Below, piece by piece: positions 34,276 to 42,376 of a stretch of DNA of 64,000 nucleotides. The DNA is from an uncultured Muribaculaceae bacterium. GTDB taxonomy: Bacteria; Bacteroidota; Bacteroidia; Bacteroidales; Muribaculaceae. The notes beneath the pieces were generated by a model. That model did no database searches. It was given only the letters and a program-made list of their open reading frames with translations, and was not told where the DNA came from. The DNA is taken from positions 15,733 through 79,732 of the forward strand of contig CAJUAR010000001.1 in assembly GCA_910584495.1 (NCBI GenBank), read 5' to 3'. Numbering within the stretch: the first letter of the stretch is position 1; each line of letters opens with the position of its first letter. Position numbers and translations under genes: made by a program.

Positions 34276-37203
34276 TTATGGGCGTTCTGAGGTTATGCCT
34301 TTAACATCATAGTAACTGTCTCCTTTACTCAGCACAAGGTCTTTGGTCTGACTAGCTCCACCATTGCTGAATATTATTTTTTCATACATAGCATCGACTT
34401 CAATTTTAAACCAGCCGGAACCAATATTTGTCATTTCCTCACCAGGCCATCCATTGTTGGAAGCACCAGTCCAGCAGTAGGCATTTACCTTTCCCCAGTT
34501 ATTGGTATCCTTGTAGTACACCACATTTTTGGGCACTGCCGATAAATTCGGCTTGGAATGGCTCCAAATGCCGTTATTGTACGACCCCGAGCTATTGTTT
34601 TGGTCATCGACATAGTTGGCACCTCCAAACATGATACTTTCGGAATTATCTTCAAAGACTATTGTTATATACTTGTCATATTGACCTTCGGGCGCTTTGA
34701 ACACCATGCCACTTGTCTTATACCAAATTGTTCCGTCAGCATCTTGTCCGGCTTCTGCGATAATATTTGCACCAACGGTAAAAACTCCGTTATCATTAGC
34801 CTTTCCATAGTTTCTATACCATCTAACAGGTCTTTTGGTTGCGTATATAGTATAGTTCACATTTAGTATCTCAGGGCGGCTGTCAAAAACAGTATAATAT
34901 GGCATCTGAATCAAAGGGTCATACAGAATCCAGCCTTCGCGGTCTTCGTAGTCGAAAAGCTGCAGACCCGGGTCGAGATGGTGTGTACAACGATGACGTG
35001 CGGTACCGGGATTCTCGTTTCCGGGTGTATTTGCATTAAACATCAGCAGGGTTTCGCCGGGCTTGATATTTTTCTCCGATTCAGGATAGCCTGTGGCTTC
35101 TTTATTTGTAGCTTTTGCGTTGGAGTCAATTTCTTTCAAGTACCATCCGGGGAAGGAAGACTTAGTCATTTCATCGCCGGGCCATTGTTTTGAAAAAAGC
35201 CATACATAATATTTGGGAATATTACCACTTAGAGTCTCTCCAATTTGGGTGTAGACATAAATATTGTGATTACCCGACCATCCGTCGTCCCAGTTATCGT
35301 CACCTCCCTCTGTTAACGGGGTTGCAAAGGTTACAAGATACCCATCACCATTATGAGCACCCTGACGGTCGTTGATTGCGCGGAAAAGGATGCGGTAGTT
35401 GCCCACCGGTGGTTTGACGGTTACATGGATCTGACGGTTAAAGGATTCAAAATCAGGATCGCGAGGTCCGACAGAAAACACATGTACTTCTTCATGCACA
35501 GGATTGCAAGTTGCTGTGACAGTGAATGTTCCTATTGACTTTGTAGGGTCGGCACAGTGGATTTCGACCTGTGAAGAACCTTGTGTGAGGGTGAAGGGCA
35601 ACGAGTCATGGTCGATAAAGGACACCCCGCCAAGATTGGTTTCGTAGGCGAAAGTCTTGATGTAGGTGGGGCTCGCAGTTTCGTTCTCGAGCCAGTTTAT
35701 TGTTACGTCGAGAGGCTTTACAATGAACATGGGCGTAACGTCATATTCCACGTCGAGGTACTTGCGTAGGTTGTTTGCCTGAATCCACACTTTGGTCGAG
35801 CCTTGGGGAGGGAATTCGGAACCTTTGCGGAATGCACTGACCGGGATTTCGGGGTTGATGCGGAAAGTGAGGATGCCTTTTTCCACATTGTGATTGTACT
35901 GCACAATAACGGGTTTGTCGTCAATCTTATCGTCGCATCCCATAGCCACCGTCGGAGCGTTCGACACATAACATATGGAATCGTAGGTAAGCGAGCCCAC
36001 TTTGGCCCTGGTTTTATCCACAGCCAGGGTAGTGTGCCTAAAATCGGCCATAGCCACCGGCACCCAGTCGCGGACATGAACCTCGGTCTGGTACTCGGTG
36101 AATTCCGTGGTCTCGATGCGGCCGATAATTTCGTAGTAGGTGCCGCGAGGAAACTGACGTGGCTGGTCGTCGGCATTCTTGTGGCCCAGCGGTATGTGGT
36201 AGGTGTTTTTAGAGCCCGATGGGAGCGATGGAGCGACGCTGCCGTCGTCCTCAGGAGCAAGAGTTTTGTCGACTGTGATGGCCTCGATGGTGAGCACAGA
36301 CTGCCCCTCGTCGTTGCTCAGATAGCGTTCGGGCAGATAGAGCGTGCCCTGGTAGACCCACCGGTCGGCATAGCTTGAGGGTACATCGGTGCCGTTGACA
36401 GCAATCACATCCTCGTCGGCCGAAGCATTCTGGTTTTCGGACCAGGAGGCAAAATATCGTCCGGCAGCGAGAGGTGCCGTGAAGGAATCACCGGAATTGA
36501 TGTCGCTCATGGCCCCGCCAAGCACCAGGTGGGTGGAGGCTGTGAGACTTTCGCCCTTGATGGACGAAATGAGCAGACCTGTCTCACCGAAATTTTGCGC
36601 CGTGGTCTTATTGTTGACTTTGTCAAAAATAAGATTATATCGCACCTTGACGCATGTAAACTGCAGATTGGCCGTCACATCGGTGCCGGCGGGACCAATT
36701 TCGGTTGTCTCGCGAGGTTCGAAGACCATGGGCAGACTGCCCGGCACGGGCAATGTTTTTACGGAATAGGTGAGCAGCCGTTTCTTGAGGGCGGCTTCGG
36801 TTGTCACATCGGCACAAGATGGCTGATTTGCGATGACATATATGCGGTATTTGCCCGGTTTGACATTCTCTATCACATAGTTTTTATACTGTTCATCGGC
36901 AGTCTCTGCCACAGTTGGCAGCGGTGTTAGAGCCACTTTGAGCAGCTCGCCGCCGTCGACGGGAAAGGCATAGAGCCTCAAGTCGTTGATTCGCCGCTCA
37001 TCATCGGTGGCCGGCGACAGCATGTCGGGGCTCGCGGGAATGTCGGCACGCGACAGCCCCCCGACGGCGCCCGTAACGAGGCGCACCGTCAGAGTGCCGG
37101 GCTGAATGGGAGCGTCGCAGCCCAAACCGTCAGAGCATGCGCCGGCCAGCAGGCACAGTACAAAGACCAAACAAAATGCAATATATCGCAGCAATGACAG
37201 CAT
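34276..37203 (-). CDS. Giant pilin-like lipoprotein (975 aa) with C-terminal CBM25/26-like carbohydrate-binding modules; candidate pilus tip adhesin
   Basis: Lipobox LLAGAC. LTVRLVTGAVGGLSRADIP, INDLRLYAF and YRIYVIAN are fimbrillin-like. The last 330 aa contain two WPG..M modules (YVWLFSKQWPGDEMTKSSFPGWYLKEI..LLMFNAN and VVYYKDTNNWGKVNAYCWTGASNNGWPGEEMTNIGSGWFKIEV..KIIFSNGGASQTKDL). Confidence 0.65.
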   Translation of the reverse strand: MLSLLRYIAFCLVFVLCLLAGACSDGLGCDAPIQPGTLTVRLVTGAVGGLSRADIPASPDMLSPATDDERRINDLRLYAFPVDGGELLKVALTPLPTVAETADEQYKNYVIENVKPGKYRIYVIANQPSCADVTTEAALKKRLLTYSVKTLPVPGSLPMVFEPRETTEIGPAGTDVTANLQFTCVKVRYNLIFDKVNNKTTAQNFGETGLLISSIKGESLTASTHLVLGGAMSDINSGDSFTAPLAAGRYFASWSENQNASADEDVIAVNGTDVPSSYADRWVYQGTLYLPERYLSNDEGQSVLTIEAITVDKTLAPEDDGSVAPSLPSGSKNTYHIPLGHKNADDQPRQFPRGTYYEIIGRIETTEFTEYQTEVHVRDWVPVAMADFRHTTLAVDKTRAKVGSLTYDSICYVSNAPTVAMGCDDKIDDKPVIVQYNHNVEKGILTFRINPEIPVSAFRKGSEFPPQGSTKVWIQANNLRKYLDVEYDVTPMFIVKPLDVTINWLENETASPTYIKTFAYETNLGGVSFIDHDSLPFTLTQGSSQVEIHCADPTKSIGTFTVTATCNPVHEEVHVFSVGPRDPDFESFNRQIHVTVKPPVGNYRILFRAINDRQGAHNGDGYLVTFATPLTEGGDDNWDDGWSGNHNIYVYTQIGETLSGNIPKYYVWLFSKQWPGDEMTKSSFPGWYLKEIDSNAKATNKEATGYPESEKNIKPGETLLMFNANTPGNENPGTARHRCTHHLDPGLQLFDYEDREGWILYDPLIQMPYYTVFDSRPEILNVNYTIYATKRPVRWYRNYGKANDNGVFTVGANIIAEAGQDADGTIWYKTSGMVFKAPEGQYDKYITIVFEDNSESIMFGGANYVDDQNNSSGSYNNGIWSHSKPNLSAVPKNVVYYKDTNNWGKVNAYCWTGASNNGWPGEEMTNIGSGWFKIEVDAMYEKIIFSNGGASQTKDLVLSKGDSYYDVKGITSERP

Positions 37204-37206
37204 GTT

Positions 37207-38289
37207 TCAGAGTTTTATGTTCTGTATACGTTTAGACCAGGCGAGGACAGAGATGGACAGCTCGACATATTGCCACGTGTCGCCACGGAGGAAGAAATCA
37301 AGTTTATAGTCGTGCTCGCGGTCGAGGAATTCCTGCGGTGAGTAGTTGAGATGCTCAAATGCTCCGCGTCCCTGAGCCAGACAGTCGGGCAGATTGATAC
37401 GGGCCACGGTTTTGCCCGTGGTGCGGTTGGTGATGGTGAGCATGGCGTTTCGGGCGTTGTCGGCAGCCGCCGGATAGTGCATTATGCGGTTGAAGGCCAG
37501 CGCGGCATGCGCAGTGCGTTCCAGGTGGTCGGTGTCGTCGGTGGTTTCGCCCTCGGCACGTCCGGCTGTGCCGAACTCAGTATTCCAGAGAGCGTAGGGG
37601 GTATAGGTTAGAGCTTCGTCGTCGAGCAGTGTGTTGTCGTAGCCTATCTTGCCGTTTGCGGCGGTGATGGAAATGTCAAAATCCTGAATGTCGATATTGG
37701 CTGGAGCGTCAAGGTTGTGAAGGCTCACTGTCAGGTTTTTGGTGTCGCGCATCAGGCTGATGGTCTGCGATGCCGCCTCCATGTCGCGAACCACTATGGG
37801 TTGTGCACCCATGCCGTGCCACAGTGTGTCGAGCGGGGCCGAAGAATCAACAAAGCCTTCTGTGCGGTCTAAGGTCACGCCAAGGTCTGTCATGGCATGT
37901 GTGGTGTTGAGTACTGTGCGTCGATATTTTGCTCCCTTGCCTGCAAGACATTCGTTGTAGCTGCGCTGGTGAGCGAGGGCTATAAAGCTATACTTGCCCG
38001 GCTCAAGGTCGAGGTGCATAGTGTAGAGCGGCGAGGCAAGCGGACGATTGGTGGCGGTGTTATATTCCTCTTTAGAAGTCAGGAACTTACCCTGCTCGTC
38101 GAAGACATAGACAGTGACAGCGCCCACGTGGGCAGGGAACATGTCGGCGCGGTCGATATTATAGTCGTAGACAAACTTCAGATCTACGCCCGACGGACAC
38201 TCCTCGAGGTCGTCGTGCATCAGCGAGCATCCGCTCGCAGCCACCGCCAGGGCTGCAAACAGGGGCAATATGCGTTTTTTTACTGTCAT
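37207..38289 (-). CDS. FimB/Mfa2-family fimbrial anchor subunit
   Basis: Lipobox AASGC followed by DDLEECPSGVDLKFVYDYNIDRADMF and VTVYVFDEQGKFL, the typical Mfa2-family opening. 360 aa. Confidence 0.75.
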   Translation of the reverse strand: MTVKKRILPLFAALAVAASGCSLMHDDLEECPSGVDLKFVYDYNIDRADMFPAHVGAVTVYVFDEQGKFLTSKEEYNTATNRPLASPLYTMHLDLEPGKYSFIALAHQRSYNECLAGKGAKYRRTVLNTTHAMTDLGVTLDRTEGFVDSSAPLDTLWHGMGAQPIVVRDMEAASQTISLMRDTKNLTVSLHNLDAPANIDIQDFDISITAANGKIGYDNTLLDDEALTYTPYALWNTEFGTAGRAEGETTDDTDHLERTAHAALAFNRIMHYPAAADNARNAMLTITNRTTGKTVARINLPDCLAQGRGAFEHLNYSPQEFLDREHDYKLDFFLRGDTWQYVELSISVLAWSKRIQNIKL

Positions 38290-38365
38290 TTTCGATTGGT
38301 TTATATACCTCCGGGGCCTTAAAAGTATGCCCCGGAGGTCATTTTTAAGTAATCTTAGCCTAAAA

Positions 38366-40075
38366 TTAGAGAACTACATTCTGCACTCGCTTAGCCCATG
38401 AATGAACATTGCAACGCACACTGATATAGTAATTATTTTCATCATCGGGGGTTGAAGGAGCCTCTGGCACATCAGGTTTACCCAGCGACTTGATGCCTGA
38501 AACTTCGAGAGAATACCAGTTGTTACGGAGCACGCCGTAACGGCCGAGATAATTATCATCGACATCTTCAGTACCATAAGCTGCCGAACCGGGAATCCAG
38601 GGAGTATACGTTTCGCCAAAGTGTTGAACACGTGCCACATAGAAACATTCACCGTTCAGATAGGTGTTGATGTTCTTACCCTCTGCATCGCTACCAAAAG
38701 CATCATTCAGAATCTGGATTTCGGTCTCCGAAAGTGCTACCGCTGTTTCCTTCGTTTCGCCATATTTTACATCAGCCGGCGAAAGTTTATGTTTACCACG
38801 TGTTTTGGATACAGTTTCGGTACCGTCGACAAAATATTTAGCCTGGTCTTTCTTATCCTCAAGCAGCTCAACAGCCTTGCTAATAATGTAGTTACGAAGA
38901 CCTTCTTTGTTGTAGATAGTATTGGACTGTCCGAATGTATAGAATGTAGATGCTTTGTCTTCTCCTTCAGCCTTGAATTCGGCTTTCAGAATGACACGTG
39001 TGGTCTCATCGCGATTCTGGTGCGCTACATTGAATGTGTTTTCACGGCAATAGACATATTTCCCGGGATCGGTAGTAAATTTAGTATCCTTATTCTTATC
39101 ATTTACAAGACTGTATAAGTCTCCTACAGCCGGATAAGTATTATAGTTGGGATCTTTAGCCCAAAATATGCGTTCTGAGGAAGAACTATAGAAACGAGTT
39201 CCCGTCTTAGCTCCTGTCACTTTAGATGCAAGATTTTTCCAGGAATCAAAGTCGCTGACATTGCGCACAAGATACGATTTGTTATTTGTAAGGTCAATAG
39301 CCCATTTAGTAATGGTTGCAGTGTAGTTCTTTCGGTCTGCTGCACCTTCGCCGTTGTCAAATGGAAGATTCTCAATTTTGTTTGTTGTTCCGGCTGTATT
39401 CTTATCAACAACCTGTACTTTTGCCACAGCACGCTCTACAAAGACATTAATAGCAGTCGAACCCAGAGCAGCTTCCTGAGTGCTCTTTATATCTTCTTTC
39501 GCTATTTTAACAAGAGTCTGTGCTTTTTCGTTTTTATAGAGAGGTGCATTGGTCATAAAGATACCGTTTGCGGTGAAGTCCATATCGCTAGCCACTCCGG
39601 TAAGATTGGAGAATTTAGTGCCCTTGGCGAAATGAGTATTAGCATCATTGTCATTGAGAACAATAAGTACCCAGAGGTTATCTGCAGGAGCGTCATTGAT
39701 TCTTTGCACTGTCTGAGCTGTCGTTGTAACATTTCCGATAGTGGTTTGCTGATTCCAAGGTTTGAGAGTGGTCATTTCGTATATATTCTTAACCACGGCT
39801 TCCGCTTCGGAATCACCTTGGAAAATGACAAGATGTGCCTTGTTGACAGCGTACTCACTTGCTTCGCCGTCGTCGAAATGATCGTTTCCTTGACCTTCAT
39901 AGGGATCGCCCTCGGCACGACTTCCGTCAGCATCGACAGAAGGCAGATTGATGCTCACATTAAGGTAGCTCGTTCCGGTTTCTGAGCCGGGATTCTGAGC
40001 TGGTTCGTCGCTGCTGCAAGATGCCAGCGAGAGCATTGCGGCGGCTGCGATGAACGGGAGTGATTTGAATTTCAT
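38366..40075 (-). CDS. Mfa1-family major (stalk) fimbrial subunit
   Basis: Lipobox SLASC, then YLNVSINLPSVDADGSRAEG (first strand plus Arg site). The 569-aa length and its position directly upstream of the Mfa2-like anchor gene fit the family. Confidence 0.7.
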   Translation of the reverse strand: MKFKSLPFIAAAAMLSLASCSSDEPAQNPGSETGTSYLNVSINLPSVDADGSRAEGDPYEGQGNDHFDDGEASEYAVNKAHLVIFQGDSEAEAVVKNIYEMTTLKPWNQQTTIGNVTTTAQTVQRINDAPADNLWVLIVLNDNDANTHFAKGTKFSNLTGVASDMDFTANGIFMTNAPLYKNEKAQTLVKIAKEDIKSTQEAALGSTAINVFVERAVAKVQVVDKNTAGTTNKIENLPFDNGEGAADRKNYTATITKWAIDLTNNKSYLVRNVSDFDSWKNLASKVTGAKTGTRFYSSSSERIFWAKDPNYNTYPAVGDLYSLVNDKNKDTKFTTDPGKYVYCRENTFNVAHQNRDETTRVILKAEFKAEGEDKASTFYTFGQSNTIYNKEGLRNYIISKAVELLEDKKDQAKYFVDGTETVSKTRGKHKLSPADVKYGETKETAVALSETEIQILNDAFGSDAEGKNINTYLNGECFYVARVQHFGETYTPWIPGSAAYGTEDVDDNYLGRYGVLRNNWYSLEVSGIKSLGKPDVPEAPSTPDDENNYYISVRCNVHSWAKRVQNVVL

Positions 40076-40088
40076 CGTTTGTAAGAAA

Positions 40089-41453
40089 TTAATGATTAGT
40101 ATTTTGTTTGTTTATCTCTCGGATTAAATCGATTGCGCGGCGCACTTGCCGGGCCTCTTCGCAATCGGGCACTTTTTCAATGTATTGCTCAGCCGAAACG
40201 ATGTCGTGGCGGTTTGCGGCATTGATGGCGGCATTTAGGTTTGCCGTGGGGTCCTTTGGAAATAGGTGCACAGCCACGTCGAACACTCGGTTGAACTCGT
40301 CGCTTCCTGCAGGATAGCTCTGAGCCACAAGGAAAAGCTCCTGAAGGCTTAGCTGCCCCGGTTTATCGACAAAGATGCGACGCGCCTCTTCGAGGTTGAA
40401 GGCACGCACAGTGTAGTGGACGGTATAGTCGGAGTGTCGCAGTGCCGGATAGACGTTCTCAAGCAAGTAGGCATACTGGGCGGGGAAACGCTGCCTGAGT
40501 CGACGGTCGCGAGCATCGGGAGCAAGCGTGCTGTCGTTGATTACGGCAAGCAAGCCCTGAGTGTTGTCGAGGTGCAGCGAATCGGCCACATAGCGTCGCA
40601 GTCCGTCCCAGTCCTCAGGTGTCGAGGCAACGTTGAAAATCGAACGGTCGAAGTTCCTCAACCTTGCCACATAGTCGGCCAGAGCCTTGGCACGGCCTTG
40701 AGCAAGACGCACGTTGTTGGCGTATGGACCTTCGGGCGAAGCATATCCGTGGATGTCGATAGCGGTTATTGTTACGTTCGAATCGTTCCTGACAAGGTCG
40801 ACGGTTGATATAATCTTGGCCAGCTCCACGGTGTTGCGACGATAATCCGGGCGAATCTCGGTGCGGTTCACACGGAAATCGATAAATGCGCTTCCGCTCT
40901 CGCTGCGGTCCTTGATTCCCTCGGCTTTAGGCTCGACATAGCAGGTAAGAGGCTTGAAGAAGAGTTGTGGCCTACGGCGGTCGATTACATCGAGAGTGTC
41001 CTTGCGGCGGTCCAGAATGTCGCCGCATCCGCAGTAGTCGTTGGAGAGCGTCAGGAAGGCATGCTCCATCCATGGCTGATAGTCGACTGAAGCGGAGTAG
41101 TCGAAGCTCTGGGGCTTACCGTCGTGGCGTCGAATCTCGAGCCCCTCGAAATCGCCCCTGTTGCGTTCGAAGCTGATGTGCTGACGGCGTCCGTTAACCA
41201 TCAGTGGAGTGAACGCGGCCTCGCCGATGCTGTCGATGCCGGTGAGCACGGGCGTATAGACAATGCGGCGGTTCGATGTCACACGGAGTGAATCGAAACG
41301 CAAGGTCATATCAAGAAAAAGCTTGCCGTTTGCAACACCGGTTACAACCGAATCGACAATAATACCTGTAGGAGCAGCCTCGTTGCGTGCATCTGTAGCT
41401 CCGGCGGTCAGTGCCATAGCCACAGCAAAAATGATGGAAATAATCTTTCTCAT
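40089..41453 (-). CDS. DUF3868-type protein with an OmpA-like peptidoglycan-binding segment
   Basis: I chose the start at MRKIISIIFAVAMALTAGA (signal peptide); the longer ORF-track start would overlap the upstream gene. IHGYASPEGPYANNVRLAQGRAKALADYV is an OmpA_C-like motif. The position between DUF3575 and Mfa1 genes matches the usual Bacteroidales layout. Confidence 0.65.
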   Translation of the reverse strand: MRKIISIIFAVAMALTAGATDARNEAAPTGIIVDSVVTGVANGKLFLDMTLRFDSLRVTSNRRIVYTPVLTGIDSIGEAAFTPLMVNGRRQHISFERNRGDFEGLEIRRHDGKPQSFDYSASVDYQPWMEHAFLTLSNDYCGCGDILDRRKDTLDVIDRRRPQLFFKPLTCYVEPKAEGIKDRSESGSAFIDFRVNRTEIRPDYRRNTVELAKIISTVDLVRNDSNVTITAIDIHGYASPEGPYANNVRLAQGRAKALADYVARLRNFDRSIFNVASTPEDWDGLRRYVADSLHLDNTQGLLAVINDSTLAPDARDRRLRQRFPAQYAYLLENVYPALRHSDYTVHYTVRAFNLEEARRIFVDKPGQLSLQELFLVAQSYPAGSDEFNRVFDVAVHLFPKDPTANLNAAINAANRHDIVSAEQYIEKVPDCEEARQVRRAIDLIREINKQNTNH

Positions 41454-41461
41454 GGCGGCAA

Positions 41462-42031
41462 TCAGAAAATATAAAGGACAGACAAAGCGGCCTTGGTCGG
41501 ACCGACGTAATTGCGGTGCTTGCGGTCGAGGCAACGGTCGCAGCGGCCATAGAGCTTATAGGGGCTGTAGGCGTAGCCCAGACCGATGGAGGCCTCTATG
41601 TTCCAATGGCGCGAAATCATCCACTGGTAGCCGTAGGTAAGACCGGCACCTATATACCAGCCTTCGTAGTGCCGACCCTTTTCTGTTTTGGGGAGGGTGC
41701 CGAAAGGCAGGTCGACATTGCGCACGTTGTACTCGCCGCCAAGTGCATGTACACCGAGGAAGTGTCCGTTAAAAGCTTCACAGAACCAATGGCGCAATTC
41801 AGGCTGCACAGTCCAGAAACGCGCCCGTTTGTCGCCCGAGAAAGTCCAGGGGTTGAGAGCGCCAAAAATCTGAACGGTCTGCCGGTGTGACACAGCAGCT
41901 TCCGCTCCGAAGTTAAGAGTTGTGGAGGCCCACGCTAATGCGTTGGTCTTCATTGCCACGGTCTGTGCCGCCGTTTTAACCAACAAAGAAGCCATCATGG
42001 CAAAGGTCAAAAAAAGAGTCACCTTTTTCAT
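41462..42031 (-). CDS. DUF3575-family small outer-membrane beta-barrel protein
   Basis: 189 aa. KTNALAWASTTLNFGAEAAVS, QPELRHWFCEAFNGHFLG and GPTKAALSVLYIF match my recollection of the DUF3575 pattern. Confidence 0.75.
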   Translation of the reverse strand: MKKVTLFLTFAMMASLLVKTAAQTVAMKTNALAWASTTLNFGAEAAVSHRQTVQIFGALNPWTFSGDKRARFWTVQPELRHWFCEAFNGHFLGVHALGGEYNVRNVDLPFGTLPKTEKGRHYEGWYIGAGLTYGYQWMISRHWNIEASIGLGYAYSPYKLYGRCDRCLDRKHRNYVGPTKAALSVLYIF

Positions 42032-42202
42032 GCAAAATATGAGCTAACTACACGGAAGCTGCCAACGGCACCATCCATTATAAGCGGTATGATTTATAAT
42101 CTCAAATTAATTAATAACAGCCGAGGGGTCGACTATTCCTAATCCTTATTATTAGATTTAATGTATAATCCTTGTAAAAAATATCCTTTCTTGTTTTCGT
42201 CG

Positions 42203-42234
42203 CAAAAATACGTAAAAAAAATACCCCCCCCAAA
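42203..42234 (-). promoter_or_regulatory. Candidate promoter of the pilus locus (-33 TTTG, 20-nt spacer containing G7 and T8 runs, -7 TATTTTTG)
   Basis: The minus strand reads TTTG-GGGGGGGTATTTTTTTTACG-TATTTTTG. The -7 box lies 172 nt upstream of the DUF3575 ATG. Confidence 0.35.
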
Positions 42235-42242
42235 AAATTTTT
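42214..42242. repeat. Adjacent homopolymer tracts A8-TA-C8-A6-T5
   Basis: Counted directly: A 42214..42221, C 42224..42231, A 42232..42237, T 42238..42242. Confidence 0.95.
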
Positions 42243-42376
42243 AACACACTTTAACCTTACGCATGTCAATGGTTGATGATTTTATCAATCACCTTTATCC
42301 GGAGCCGTAAAAAAAACATCTTTCTTGTCGGTTTGTTATATTTTTAGTAACTTAGGCAATTCAATTACATACAACA

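Noticed and set aside
40089-41534. Longer ORF-track starts at 41534, 25300, 21505, 18607, 18579, 55028, 61973, 49972 and 1922
   Set aside because: The N-terminal extensions overlap upstream genes or promoter/terminator elements, lack family-typical text, and precede an internal Met followed by a signal peptide or a conserved family start. I used the internal starts instead.
42032-42376. Invertible (recombinase-controlled) promoter for the pilus operon
   Set aside because: I found only short direct repeats and homopolymers, no inverted-repeat pair of 10 bp or more flanking the promoter candidate. No site-specific recombinase gene is present in the window. A formal inverted-repeat search could still overturn this.
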